Positions 9,123-18,590 are shown, numbered from the stretch's first letter. The stretch: 64,000 nt of DNA from Patescibacteria group bacterium (GCA_018818405.1 JAHIRY010000017.1:7563-71562); one strand, 5' to 3'. A program made the numbers and translations. The notes: a model not told the origin generated them from the letters alone.

Positions 9123-11675
9123 ATGAACAGCCACATCCAAAAAATTAAAGAAATCTTTGCAAACATCTTCAGCAAAGAATTTTTCATGACAAATCGTCGA
9201 AAGATTTTAATTGCGTCAATTGTTTTCGGCAGCGCAATTATCATTGGTGGAATCGTTATTATCTTTTACTCGAATTCAGTCAATAATAGCGATATTGGCA
9301 CTCCGTTTACTGATGAAACATCTTCCATTACAGGGCCAAAACTGCTTTTCCTCGGACTTGACGGCGCCAATTGGCCGTATGTTGAAGAGTTGATTGCCGA
9401 TGGACAAATGCCGAATTTCAAAAAACTGCTTGATAACGGAACAATGGGAATGATTAAAACATTCAATCCGCCGGTTTCTCCTCCGCAATGGACATCGGTT
9501 GCCACGGGAAAACTTCCGGCAAAACACGGGATCACCAATTTTGTTTCCTCTGCCAATGGATTTAGCGAATATGCTCTGGTAGGTTCAAATGACAGACATG
9601 TAAAAGCTTTGTGGAATATTTTTGAGGAAAAAGGATATAAAGTCGGTTTATTCGGCTGGACCGCAACATATCCGGTTGAATTGAAAACCGGCTACACTGT
9701 CACAGATATTGCCGTTATAAATCCGGTAAAAGGCATTGAACCTGATTCCTTGCGAAATGGAATTATCGCCAATACGGCCAAAACTCTCGGCTTTGCAACT
9801 TTTGCTCAAGGCGTTTCGCTTGACATTCCCGATGCGCAAGATATCAATGATGCGAAATATTTTGAAGCTGCGCACAAAAAATTCACTCTTTTTAATGATT
9901 TGTTCAATGGCAATAGTTTGTATGCTTTCAATCATGAACAACCTGATATTTTATTTCAAGAAGATGATGTTCTGGACGGAACTCAACATATTTTTCTGAA
10001 ATTCAAACGGCCGGAAGAATTCGAAGAACCGATTGAACCCGCTCTGCAGGAAAAATATGGCGATTTTGTGGATGAAATATATCGGGCAAAGGACGAATTG
10101 CTGGGCAAATATATGAAACTTGCTTCGCCTGACACTCATATTATCGTATTTTCCGATTCAGGATTTTTCGTTGATCCTGTTTCCGGCTGGCGGTTTGATA
10201 AAATTGATTCAATTTTGGAATTGCTGGGATTCCTAAAAAGAGATTCGTCCGGCAACATTGATTATTCGCGGACGATTGCTTATGAATGCGGCAATAATAA
10301 TTTTGACTGGGAGCGGCGCTTGTGCATAAATTTGGAAGACCGGCAGGAAAGGGGAATTGTAGCTCAAAAAGATTTTGACAGAACGGTAAAACAAATTATC
10401 TCTGTGTTTAATTCATTGAAAACCACTGATGGTGAAAGCATATTCAAATCGGTCTCGGAAACTTTTTCCGCCAGCGGAGATGTAAAATATGACATCAAAA
10501 GATCGGTTGTGGACAAATCGATTATTCTAAACAACAAGGAATATCCGATCAAAAAGTTTTTAACTTTATCAATAGAATCGGGCGCTCATTATGCCAATCC
10601 GGAAGGTCCGCCGGGATTTTTCATCTGGTCCGGTCCGAATATACGCAAAGGAAATGTGATCGAAAATATGAGATACATTGATTTTGCGCCGAACATTCTT
10701 TATTCACTCGGTTATCCGATCGGCAAAGATATGGACGGAGAATATTTGCAATCTATGTATGTTGAGCCGAAAATGCCGGAATACATTGAAACTTATGAAA
10801 GCAATCCGAACAAACTGAGTTCAAGCAACAATGAAATGTTAAGCGGCAGAGATAATGAAATAATTTCAGAAAACAAAGCGACGATTTTCGATGATATCAG
10901 GGAAACTGATAAATACAAACAGTTTTGTTTTAATCTGGGGAATAAGAATGTCGCTGTTCAAGTCGATAATATATACAAGGTAAATGATCCAAAGGCGGCT
11001 ATCACTACCGCGGTGAACAATGATTTCGAATCCGTTGATTTTATAAAAATAAAAAAGTTGACTGATCTCGAACAAATTTCCACAACAGTAATTTCGCCGG
11101 ACGAATTTAACACCGAAATGTCAAAGGAAAACAGCTTTAATGTTTTGGGCTCGCTGGAAACTAATACTCCGGCGGAAATGGGAATTTGGACGAACATGTC
11201 TTTCACCGTTCAATCGCCCGGCAAAGGCGTTTTCCGATTGATAGCAAAAGGAACGAGCGTGGATGGCGTGTTTCCGACATTGGAATTTTCCGAGGGCGGA
11301 AAGGTTTTTTCTCGGCTTGACATCAATTCAACGGATTATCATCCGTTTGATGTGAAAATTCCAATGGAAGGAGTAATCAATATTGCCTTTGTAAATGACA
11401 AGTATAACGATAATGAAGACAGAAATATCCGCATTCAGATGATTAAATTTTCGCAAACCGGAATGTTTGAACCGGAGCAAGACATGGATTTTTTCATGCA
11501 AAACGATGAATTGTGTTTTTACAATAGACGGAAAGGCACTTACAGACTTGAAATGTCAGTGATTCCGCAAAATATTCCTTCAACCGGCGCTGAAGACAAA
11601 GATATTCAGAAAGCGCTTGAATTTTTGCAAACCACCGGAGAAATAAAAGACACTTCCACGGAATCTGCTCCGTAA
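9123..11675 (+). CDS. Membrane-anchored type I phosphodiesterase/nucleotide pyrophosphatase (alkaline phosphatase superfamily) protein; paralog 2
   Basis: Same architecture and motifs as 4388..6928 (GPKLLFLGLDGANWPYVEELIADGQMPNFKKLLDNGTMG...). Tandem paralog. Confidence 0.7.
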   Translation: MNSHIQKIKEIFANIFSKEFFMTNRRKILIASIVFGSAIIIGGIVIIFYSNSVNNSDIGTPFTDETSSITGPKLLFLGLDGANWPYVEELIADGQMPNFKKLLDNGTMGMIKTFNPPVSPPQWTSVATGKLPAKHGITNFVSSANGFSEYALVGSNDRHVKALWNIFEEKGYKVGLFGWTATYPVELKTGYTVTDIAVINPVKGIEPDSLRNGIIANTAKTLGFATFAQGVSLDIPDAQDINDAKYFEAAHKKFTLFNDLFNGNSLYAFNHEQPDILFQEDDVLDGTQHIFLKFKRPEEFEEPIEPALQEKYGDFVDEIYRAKDELLGKYMKLASPDTHIIVFSDSGFFVDPVSGWRFDKIDSILELLGFLKRDSSGNIDYSRTIAYECGNNNFDWERRLCINLEDRQERGIVAQKDFDRTVKQIISVFNSLKTTDGESIFKSVSETFSASGDVKYDIKRSVVDKSIILNNKEYPIKKFLTLSIESGAHYANPEGPPGFFIWSGPNIRKGNVIENMRYIDFAPNILYSLGYPIGKDMDGEYLQSMYVEPKMPEYIETYESNPNKLSSSNNEMLSGRDNEIISENKATIFDDIRETDKYKQFCFNLGNKNVAVQVDNIYKVNDPKAAITTAVNNDFESVDFIKIKKLTDLEQISTTVISPDEFNTEMSKENSFNVLGSLETNTPAEMGIWTNMSFTVQSPGKGVFRLIAKGTSVDGVFPTLEFSEGGKVFSRLDINSTDYHPFDVKIPMEGVINIAFVNDKYNDNEDRNIRIQMIKFSQTGMFEPEQDMDFFMQNDELCFYNRRKGTYRLEMSVIPQNIPSTGAEDKDIQKALEFLQTTGEIKDTSTESAP

Positions 11676-11706
11676 TTCTGTCCTCAATATATATTTTCAA
11701 TCATTC

Positions 11707-11740
11707 AAAAAAGACGCCAATGGAGCGTCTTTTTTTATTT
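11707..11740. terminator. Bidirectional intrinsic terminator between convergent genes
   Basis: AAAAAAGACGCcaatggaGCGTCTTTTTTT: 6-bp GC stem with A-run upstream and T-run downstream. Confidence 0.6.
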
Positions 11741-11799
11741 TGGTTTGTGGGAATGTCAGAATTGGGAACAATGAATAAACTTTTTACATCCGTTCCATA

Positions 11800-13071
11800 T
11801 TAGAAATAAATATGCCAAAGGCAAATCGCCAGCAAATTTATAACTATTCCTGAAACGGCCAAATATTTTTTGGAATATGTTAGGCTCATTATCCCCATTA
11901 TAATGCTTACAAAACCTATCAATAAAAAGAATAGTTGGCAGTTAAACGAAGCGCACACATTGCCAAACAGTGAAGATGGATAAAGCATTAAATTTTTAAT
12001 AGTTTGAGCGATCGGCCAAAACATGGCGGAAAAACTGAGCGCTAAAATTCCGTTGAAAAGCCCTAAAATAAATGAGCTGATGGCTAATCCTTGCGTGTCA
12101 GTACTTTTTGTATCTTTGGCCGCCTTTCTTTTTTCTTGTTTCAAAAAAATTGCTTTCCGTCTGATGATTATTAAAATAATAGCGAGGATGACTGCGCAAA
12201 TTGTTATAATATTGATAACTTGCTGATCAACCTGTTCAGCGGTTTTTTTCTGCCACCAGCGATCAAGTTTGAAGGCGTCAAACGGTTTCGGATCTTCCGG
12301 CAGACCGCCATGCTTAATGTATGTATATTGTCCGCTCGATACTTCAACTGTTTTTTTGACATTCAAGTCAGATACCATCAATGAACCTTCCAAAACAGTG
12401 ACCGTTGTTCCTGCTTCATTCGTTTCTACGAGGAATTCCGTTCCGGTGATGCCCAAAATTGCGTCCCGCGTTTTAACTTTCCGGCATGCTTGCCTGACTA
12501 GATTTTGTCCGACAATACAATTACCGTCATGAAACGGCTGCCATTGGTATCGGTAGCGGCCAAAAACACTTTGCACTTCATGATCTGAAACCGGAGTAAA
12601 TGTTGAATTGGCGTCAAGTTGTATCAAAGAACCGTCTGGCATAGTAATATCAATCCGTTCATTATCATCCGATTGAATCGGTTTGCCTGAAGGCAGATGG
12701 TCATACTGGAGTTGTTTCAGTTGAAAAGAAGGAGTTGTTGCAAGTTTTCCCTGAGATGCCTGTTGCGTTCTGCCGGTTTGTGAGATGGCCATGCATTGCG
12801 GCCCAAAAACTCGTCCGATGGAAGTGGTGACTTCCAAACAAAAATTATTGCCTGAATCATAAAAATGAGTATAAACAAAAGCATTATTTTCGCCGTTTCT
12901 TACCAAACAATCATTGGACAAGTTTCTTAAAACGGAAAATCCCGGCTGTGCGCCAAAATACTTGCAGGCAGCCAGCGGTGTGGCAAAATCACTGATATTT
13001 TGAGCGTTGGCATTTCCTGCAAATAAAAGAAACGCTATAAACATTACTCCAACAATATATGTTTTTCTCAT
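11800..13071 (-). CDS. Exported FecR-like domain protein with C-terminal multi-pass membrane region
   Basis: Signal peptide (MRKTYIVGVMFIAFLLFAGNANA). Central segment ILGITGTEFLVETNEAGTTVTVLEGSLMV resembles FecR/beta-sandwich sensor domains. About 4 TM helices at the C-terminus. Confidence 0.4.
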   Translation of the reverse strand: MRKTYIVGVMFIAFLLFAGNANAQNISDFATPLAACKYFGAQPGFSVLRNLSNDCLVRNGENNAFVYTHFYDSGNNFCLEVTTSIGRVFGPQCMAISQTGRTQQASQGKLATTPSFQLKQLQYDHLPSGKPIQSDDNERIDITMPDGSLIQLDANSTFTPVSDHEVQSVFGRYRYQWQPFHDGNCIVGQNLVRQACRKVKTRDAILGITGTEFLVETNEAGTTVTVLEGSLMVSDLNVKKTVEVSSGQYTYIKHGGLPEDPKPFDAFKLDRWWQKKTAEQVDQQVINIITICAVILAIILIIIRRKAIFLKQEKRKAAKDTKSTDTQGLAISSFILGLFNGILALSFSAMFWPIAQTIKNLMLYPSSLFGNVCASFNCQLFFLLIGFVSIIMGIMSLTYSKKYLAVSGIVINLLAICLWHIYF

Positions 13072-13133
13072 ATTACTTGATATTAGTTAATGTATATAAA
13101 AAATTATTTAAATTGTCGTTTAAATTTATAGCA

Positions 13134-14726
13134 TTATTTGACGATTCTTTCCGCTTTGTAGAATCCAAGTCCGGCTGACACGGTTCCTACGAATTTACTG
13201 GTATCCTTTATCGCAAACTCCCAGACTATTTGTTTATCCGGAGTGACTTCGATAATTTTTGTTGTAGTTGCGATCAACGTATTTCCATTTGACAAGCGAT
13301 TAACATCTCTGACAGGCCATTGCTGGGGATCTGTCACCGTATATTCCCAAACAACATTTTCATTTTGGTCGATTTCAACCGCTTTTTCCGGAACTCCGTG
13401 GTTTGCAAATAATAAATTACCATTTTCAAGCAAAGCGGGATCATGCTGTTCAATCATGATTTCAGAACCTCGCGTTTTAACCACTGAGCCTTGAGGGTTT
13501 ACTTCCACCACCATATTGAAATTTCTCGGACTCACCAGAGTATTTCCGCTAGCCAATCTGGAAACCGCATTTGTATGCGACCAGCCCTGATTTTGCTCGC
13601 TCAAGTATGGTTCGGCATTGAAATAATTTTTAGCATGCCAAGACCAGACAATTCCTCCCGCGGAATTAACTTCCACCACTTGAGGGTCAGTCATCAGATC
13701 ATTATTTCCGAAAACAAAGATCGTATTCCCGTTTGCCAGTCTGTCGGCATCATGAGAAATTTTTGTCGTCTTGTAAGACCAAACGATTTGTTTGTCTCTG
13801 TTAACTTCATACACTCCGCTACCCGGACAGACAAAAAGAATATTGTCATTTGACAAGCGTTCAACATCAAATCCCGGGTTCGTGTAAGATTTCAAATCAT
13901 CGGGGAGATTATATTCCCAGATAATTTCGCCCAGCATGTTTACCTCGAGTATTCTCGGCTTTGCGGTATTATGATTATCCGCGAACAAAGTCGTTCCATC
14001 CATGACTTTGGTTTTATCGTACACATTTAAACTGAAATCAGGATCAGCCGTGCCGCGTATCATTGTATCTTCCTCGGCAACTTCCGTTTTATCTTCCGAA
14101 GAAAACTTTTCGTTCACCGGAATCAAGTCTAAATTGGCGTTTGTAATGCCCAAACTTAAAAACCTCATAATCTGATATGCGGCTTCTCCGTCTTTCATGT
14201 AATATTTTTTCCCGTCTTTTGGATTCAAATACCAGGATTCTCCGTGCGATTCAACTTGCAATAATATTCTTCCCTTCAATCTATTTATCAAAGCTGTGTC
14301 ATAAACCAATTTTCCTTCTCCCAACGGATTCGTGTTATTTACCAGAACTTCTTGGCCGTCTGATACGGAATCGCCGTCAGTATCCGCTTTGCCGGAATCT
14401 GTTTTCAATCCATCCTCCAATTGATCCGACAATCCGTCGCCATCAGTATCCGTATCGCTGAATCTCGTTTCAACGCCTACCGGTATTTTGTTTAAATCCG
14501 CATTTTTAATACCCAGTCCGAATTCTCTCAGCGCCGAATAAGCAACATCTCCGTCTTTCAAATAACTTCTCAGCAATGTCACCGGATCAACATACCAAGC
14601 TTCGCCGTTTTCTTCGACTTGCAATAAAATACTGCCGCTCAATCTTTGAGCCAATGTCGCGGCCGAAGCAACGGCTGTAATTCCCAATACTCCGACAATA
14701 ATAACCACTAAAAATTTCTTTAGCAT
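13134..14726 (-). CDS. Secreted repeat protein: duplicated N-terminal ~60-aa domain, TSP3-like Ca-binding Asp repeats, C-terminal beta-propeller (ASST/NHL-like)
   Basis: Signal peptide. Two copies of G(S/R)ILLQVE..GE.WY..P.....Y.KDG..AY...R..LGI.NA.L..IPV. DTDGDGLSDQLEDG..DSGKADTDGDSVSDGQE calcium-binding-type repeats. Repeated ..NGNT(L/I)... blades in the C-terminal half. Confidence 0.5.
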   Translation of the reverse strand: MLKKFLVVIIVGVLGITAVASAATLAQRLSGSILLQVEENGEAWYVDPVTLLRSYLKDGDVAYSALREFGLGIKNADLNKIPVGVETRFSDTDTDGDGLSDQLEDGLKTDSGKADTDGDSVSDGQEVLVNNTNPLGEGKLVYDTALINRLKGRILLQVESHGESWYLNPKDGKKYYMKDGEAAYQIMRFLSLGITNANLDLIPVNEKFSSEDKTEVAEEDTMIRGTADPDFSLNVYDKTKVMDGTTLFADNHNTAKPRILEVNMLGEIIWEYNLPDDLKSYTNPGFDVERLSNDNILFVCPGSGVYEVNRDKQIVWSYKTTKISHDADRLANGNTIFVFGNNDLMTDPQVVEVNSAGGIVWSWHAKNYFNAEPYLSEQNQGWSHTNAVSRLASGNTLVSPRNFNMVVEVNPQGSVVKTRGSEIMIEQHDPALLENGNLLFANHGVPEKAVEIDQNENVVWEYTVTDPQQWPVRDVNRLSNGNTLIATTTKIIEVTPDKQIVWEFAIKDTSKFVGTVSAGLGFYKAERIVK

Positions 14727-14796
14727 ATACTTTTTATATTTAGTTTATAGTGATATTGTATCACCAAACAAAACAAAACAAAAATCGCATTGTCCT

Positions 14797-14870
14797 GGCA
14801 GGGGCGGTAGGAATCGAACCTACGCTAAAGGTTTTGGAGACCCTTGTACTGCCACTATACTACGCCCCCG
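14797..14870 (-). tRNA. trnW: tRNA-Trp (anticodon CCA)
   Basis: Minus-strand cloverleaf by hand-folding: acceptor GGGGGCG/CGCCCCU (G1-U72), D-arm GTAT/GTAC, anticodon stem AGGGT/ACCTT with loop CTCCAAA (anticodon CCA), T-arm GTAGG-TTCGATT-CCTAC, encoded CCA 3' end. Possibly 1-2 nt longer at the 5' end. Confidence 0.75.
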
Positions 14871-15007
14871 CGAAAGCAATGCGATTTTTCAATCCTTTTT
14901 ATTACAACTAAATATAAGTTATCATAGATTAATAATTTTTTCAATAATTTAAAAGTTCCAAAAAATCACTTTTTGCGGTATAATGTCTAAGTAAATAATT
15001 CCACAGA

Positions 15008-15484
15008 ATGATCAAACGCAAAAAACCGCTGAGAAAAATCATTAGCTCGAAAATTGCAAAAATAATTTTAATTTCCGGCGGAGTGATTCTTACTTCCAGC
15101 ATGTTTTTTATGTTTTATGTTGTCAGCGCTCATGAATCAACCGAAACAATCAAAGTTTTGGAAACCAGAAATGTCATCGCCACCGCATATTCCAGCACAG
15201 CCGATCAAACGGATTCCAGCCCGTGCATTACAGCCAACGGATTGAATGTTTGCGAAAACAATGAAGAAAATGTCATTGCCGCTAACTTTCTCTTCTTTGG
15301 AACAAAAGTGAAACTGCCTGAACTTTTCGGTGACAGGATTTTCATTGTTCACGATCGCATGCACAGCCGATTCGGCGGAAATCGAATTGACATCTGGATG
15401 ACAGACAGACCAAAAGCAAAAGAATTCGGAGTAAAAAGAACAAAGATGGAAATTATTGAAATTGAGGGCGATGAAATTTATTAA
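15008..15484 (+). CDS. 3D-domain (YuiC/MltA-like) cell-wall-associated protein
   Basis: N-terminal TM helix. TAYSSTADQTDSSPCITANG...GTKVKLPELFGDRIFIVHDRMHSRFGGNRIDIWM matches the 3D-domain pattern (TAY..t...G.TASG......A.D......G..v.i.g.......DtGg.I.G.riDi.). Confidence 0.6.
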   Translation: MIKRKKPLRKIISSKIAKIILISGGVILTSSMFFMFYVVSAHESTETIKVLETRNVIATAYSSTADQTDSSPCITANGLNVCENNEENVIAANFLFFGTKVKLPELFGDRIFIVHDRMHSRFGGNRIDIWMTDRPKAKEFGVKRTKMEIIEIEGDEIY

Positions 15485-15538
15485 ATTTGCAAATAATATT
15501 ACTTTCATTAAAATAATAGAAAAATAAATCAATCTTTT

Positions 15539-16480
15539 ATGCTGGGTACACCATCGATGGAACCGTTGAAACCGACAATCTGCGATTCATCTTCTGGCAA
15601 AAAAATCAAGCCGGATCAAGAATTTTTGTCGGAAAAAGCAGCCGTCAAAGAACAATTATCAGCCGAAGAAATGGAAAAAATATTGGAAACAAGGGAAGTA
15701 ATCAAAGAAATGGCGTTGGACGGCGGAGCGAATAAATCCGTTTGCATCAGATTAAAAGATGATGGGGACGCGATTTTCAAGCCCAAATCCGGAGAGAAAA
15801 TAAAATTGAGATCCGGAATTGAAGCCGGTTCGTATTTTCAAAGGGAACGCGCCGCTTATCTGGTCAGCAAATACATGGGATTTGATTTTGTACCGCCGAC
15901 CGTCATTCGAGAAGTCGGTAATGAGATCGGAAGCAGTCAGGAGTTTATTGCTGATGCGCAATTATATACTGAAAGGGTGAAACAAATTTCCTTTGCATTA
16001 GATTTTGATTATGATGTCGCGGATGAATATTTGTATTCTCAGATGGAGGGACAATTCATCAAATTATGGGTTTATGACATTGTCATTTTTAATAGCGATC
16101 GGCATGGGAATAATTTTTTGATAAAAGATAACAAGATTGTGCCGATTGATCACGGATTGTCCATGGGGGACTCGGGTCTCAAAACTTACTACTCATGTTA
16201 TGATGAGCCAATACCTGCTGATGTGCAGGATCTTTTAGAAAAATTTTCCGAATCGACTGAAAGACAATCGCAATTAAAGCAAGAACTTTTAGAAATTCTG
16301 CCCGAGGAATTGGTGGCAAAATGTTTTGCGCGAATAGACAAAGTCACTCGAATTATAATGGACAAAGGCTGTATCCCGGCGGAAGAGGAGGAAAAGATCG
16401 ATCCGTTTGATATTTCAGAACCATCGGGATTCGACGAGTTGTTTGATCTTGATTCATCTGATCGCGGTTCAATTTATTAA
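15539..16480 (+). CDS. Phosphatidylinositol 3-/4-kinase-like (atypical kinase) domain protein
   Basis: Catalytic-loop-like SDRHGNNFLI and activation-loop-like IDHGLSMG (PI3K/PI4K DRHxxN...DFG pattern). Upstream Gly-rich and Lys segment (GGANKSVCIRLKDDGDAIFKPK). No signal peptide. Confidence 0.5.
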   Translation: MLGTPSMEPLKPTICDSSSGKKIKPDQEFLSEKAAVKEQLSAEEMEKILETREVIKEMALDGGANKSVCIRLKDDGDAIFKPKSGEKIKLRSGIEAGSYFQRERAAYLVSKYMGFDFVPPTVIREVGNEIGSSQEFIADAQLYTERVKQISFALDFDYDVADEYLYSQMEGQFIKLWVYDIVIFNSDRHGNNFLIKDNKIVPIDHGLSMGDSGLKTYYSCYDEPIPADVQDLLEKFSESTERQSQLKQELLEILPEELVAKCFARIDKVTRIIMDKGCIPAEEEEKIDPFDISEPSGFDELFDLDSSDRGSIY

Positions 16481-16491
16481 TTACAAAAAAT

Positions 16492-16749
16492 ATGAAATAC
16501 GTCAAAATCTATCGTCTGCAAAATGGAGGAGAACAAAAAGCAATCGTCGAATGCAAGTTGATTGATAATGAAGTTTCGATTGACGGTGATGCGAGTTTCG
16601 TTGAATCTCTGAAGCACGAAGGCATTATTGATTATTCAGCTGAAACGGGAAAGAAACTTTTTCCGGCTGATGGCTTGAAATTCATGGAACAATTGCAAAA
16701 CAATTTCAAGTCAGGCTATCTGAATGCTTCCGCTGTTTTGGAGGAATAA
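16492..16749 (+). CDS. Hypothetical small protein
   Basis: 85-aa ORF immediately downstream of the kinase-like gene. No recognisable motif. Confidence 0.35.
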   Translation: MKYVKIYRLQNGGEQKAIVECKLIDNEVSIDGDASFVESLKHEGIIDYSAETGKKLFPADGLKFMEQLQNNFKSGYLNASAVLEE

Positions 16750-16832
16750 CCGGTTTGTGCAAAAATAATCCGCACTTGATTTTTTTTGTGAATCGATTTA
16801 TAATTTTATGATAACAAATTCCAATAGCTAAT

Positions 16833-16982
16833 ATGAAATGCATTGTCTGTGAAAAAGAAATTTCAGCCGATGAACTCATTGAAAAACATGATGTGAATTT
16901 TTGCTGTGAGAATTGCGTTTCGGATTATGAGAAAAAGCTGGAAGAATTGTCATCTGTGGTGGATTGGGATAATTGCTGTTAA
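16833..16982 (+). CDS. Possible small zinc-ribbon protein (about 49 aa)
   Basis: ATG...MKCIVCEKEISADELIEKHDVNFCCENCVSDYEKKLEELSSVVDWDNCC with CxxC...CxxC spacing. Below the ORF-track size cutoff. Coordinates approximate (hand-counted). Confidence 0.3.
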   Translation: MKCIVCEKEISADELIEKHDVNFCCENCVSDYEKKLEELSSVVDWDNCC

Positions 16983-17007
16983 TAATTCCCCTCAGTGTTT
17001 CAAGGTT

Positions 17008-17457
17008 ATGAAAAATTTCATTTTGGAAAATAATGACGGAACGCCGTTCGATCTGTATCAATATCAGGGCAATGAAAATTTGCTCATGATTTTTTTTCGC
17101 GGAGCTTGGTGCAATCATTGCAAAAAACAATTGCGGGGAATCAATAATTTGTCCGCCTATTTTGAAAAACTCGGAATGAGGATTGTCGCGGTTTCCTCTG
17201 ACACAAAGTTCAAATCCAGCTTGCTGAAGAATTTTTTAAAACTGAAATTTCCCGTAATTTCGGATTCGAACTTTGAAATTATTGACAGCTTTGATTTGCG
17301 CACTCGCTATAAAGAAGCTGAAGTGGCAAAACCGGCTGTGTTTATATTTTCGCCCAATCATGAAATTTTATTTCATTATATCGGAGAAAATTACGATGAT
17401 CGTCTATCCGGCCGCGCGATTCTGCTGGAAGCGGAAAGATTGCAAAGAAATGGCTAA
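17008..17457 (+). CDS. Thioredoxin-fold peroxiredoxin/redoxin (AhpC/TSA family)
   Basis: MKNFILENNDGTPFDLYQYQGNENLLMIFFRGAWCNHCKKQL: WCxxC redoxin motif. Track ORF 16906..17457 starts at a GTG in the overlap with the zinc-ribbon ORF; the internal ATG is the more likely start. Confidence 0.7.
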   Translation: MKNFILENNDGTPFDLYQYQGNENLLMIFFRGAWCNHCKKQLRGINNLSAYFEKLGMRIVAVSSDTKFKSSLLKNFLKLKFPVISDSNFEIIDSFDLRTRYKEAEVAKPAVFIFSPNHEILFHYIGENYDDRLSGRAILLEAERLQRNG

Positions 17458-17490
17458 AAAAACTAAACTACTGTAATTTCCGCCAAAAGA

Positions 17491-17529
17491 AGGGACAGTG
17501 GGGCAATGCCTTTACTGTCCTTTTTTTTT
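17491..17529 (+). terminator. Intrinsic terminator after redoxin gene
   Basis: GGGACAGTggggcaatgcctttACTGTCC followed by TTTTTTTTT. Confidence 0.65.
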
Positions 17530-17550
17530 GGTTTATAATGATTTAATCCT

Positions 17551-18582
17551 ATGAAATTAAGCCTTTTCAACTACAATCTTCCCGAAGCGCTGATCGCGCA
17601 AAACCCCGCATCGCCTCGAGATCACTCTCGCTTGCTGGTTTATGACAGAAAAAAAGAAAAGATAATTCACGACAATTTTTTCAATCTGCCGAAATATTTA
17701 TCATCCGATGATATTCTCGTTTTCAATGATTCAAAAGTTTTTCCAGCACGGTTAAAGGGAAAAAAGAAAACCGGAGGAAAAGCTGAGATATTATTGCTAA
17801 AAGAATTCTCCGGCGGTGATTGGGAATGTCTGGTCGGCGCGAAAAAACCTAAAATCGGAACAATTATATTGTTCAAAAATAAATTGTCAGCTGAAATTAT
17901 TTCTAAAAATGAAAACAAAAGCTGGAATGTTAAATTCAATTTCAGCGGAAACGAATTGAAAAAAATAATTTATAAGATCGGTGAAATGCCTTTGCCTCCA
18001 TACATTGACTCAAAAAGCAAAAAGTCAAATCTGCAAAAACAATATCAAACGATTTACGCCAAGAAAACCGGATCTGCCGCCGCGCCAACCGCCGGATTGC
18101 ATTTTACCGAAAGATTGATGAAAAAAATAAAAAAAACCGGCTGCCAAACGGAATTTGTCACCTTGCATGTCGGGCTGGGAACATTCAATCCTGTAAATAC
18201 GGAAAACATTGAAGATTACCAAATTCACAAAGAATGGGTGAGCGTTGACAAAAACACAATTAAAAAACTTTTACTTGCGAAAAAATCAGGAAAAAGAATC
18301 GTTGCCGTTGGAACAACTTCGGTTCGAACTTTGGAATCATTGTTTTCCGAAAAACCTGATGTTAATAAAAATTTTGAAAAAAATGTTGATATTTTTATTT
18401 ATCCCGGATACAAATTCAAATTTGTGGACGCAATGATAACCAATTTTCATTTACCGAAATCTTCTCTGCTCATGCTTGTTTCCGCATTTACGGGAAGAGA
18501 ACAAATTTCAAAACTATACAAAAAGGCGATCAAACTGAAATACCGATTTTTCAGTTTTGGCGACGCTATGTTTTTGCAATAA
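17551..18582 (+). CDS. queA: S-adenosylmethionine:tRNA ribosyltransferase-isomerase
   Basis: MKLSLFNYNLPEALIAQNPASPRDHSRLLVYDR...: canonical QueA N-terminus and length. Confidence 0.9.
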   Translation: MKLSLFNYNLPEALIAQNPASPRDHSRLLVYDRKKEKIIHDNFFNLPKYLSSDDILVFNDSKVFPARLKGKKKTGGKAEILLLKEFSGGDWECLVGAKKPKIGTIILFKNKLSAEIISKNENKSWNVKFNFSGNELKKIIYKIGEMPLPPYIDSKSKKSNLQKQYQTIYAKKTGSAAAPTAGLHFTERLMKKIKKTGCQTEFVTLHVGLGTFNPVNTENIEDYQIHKEWVSVDKNTIKKLLLAKKSGKRIVAVGTTSVRTLESLFSEKPDVNKNFEKNVDIFIYPGYKFKFVDAMITNFHLPKSSLLMLVSAFTGREQISKLYKKAIKLKYRFFSFGDAMFLQ

Positions 18583-18590
18583 TGCGACTA

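Noticed and set aside
14797-14872. Alternative tRNA boundaries including two extra 5' nucleotides (GC)
   Set aside because: A 7-bp acceptor stem only forms if the tRNA starts at the GGGGGCG run (G1-U72 wobble). Including the extra GC would leave them unpaired, so the tRNA is reported as 74 nt, with small uncertainty.
16906-17007. N-terminal extension of the redoxin ORF starting at GTG 16906
   Set aside because: It overlaps a separate small Zn-ribbon reading frame and lacks redoxin homology. The internal ATG (17008) preceded by the end of the upstream ORF is the better start.
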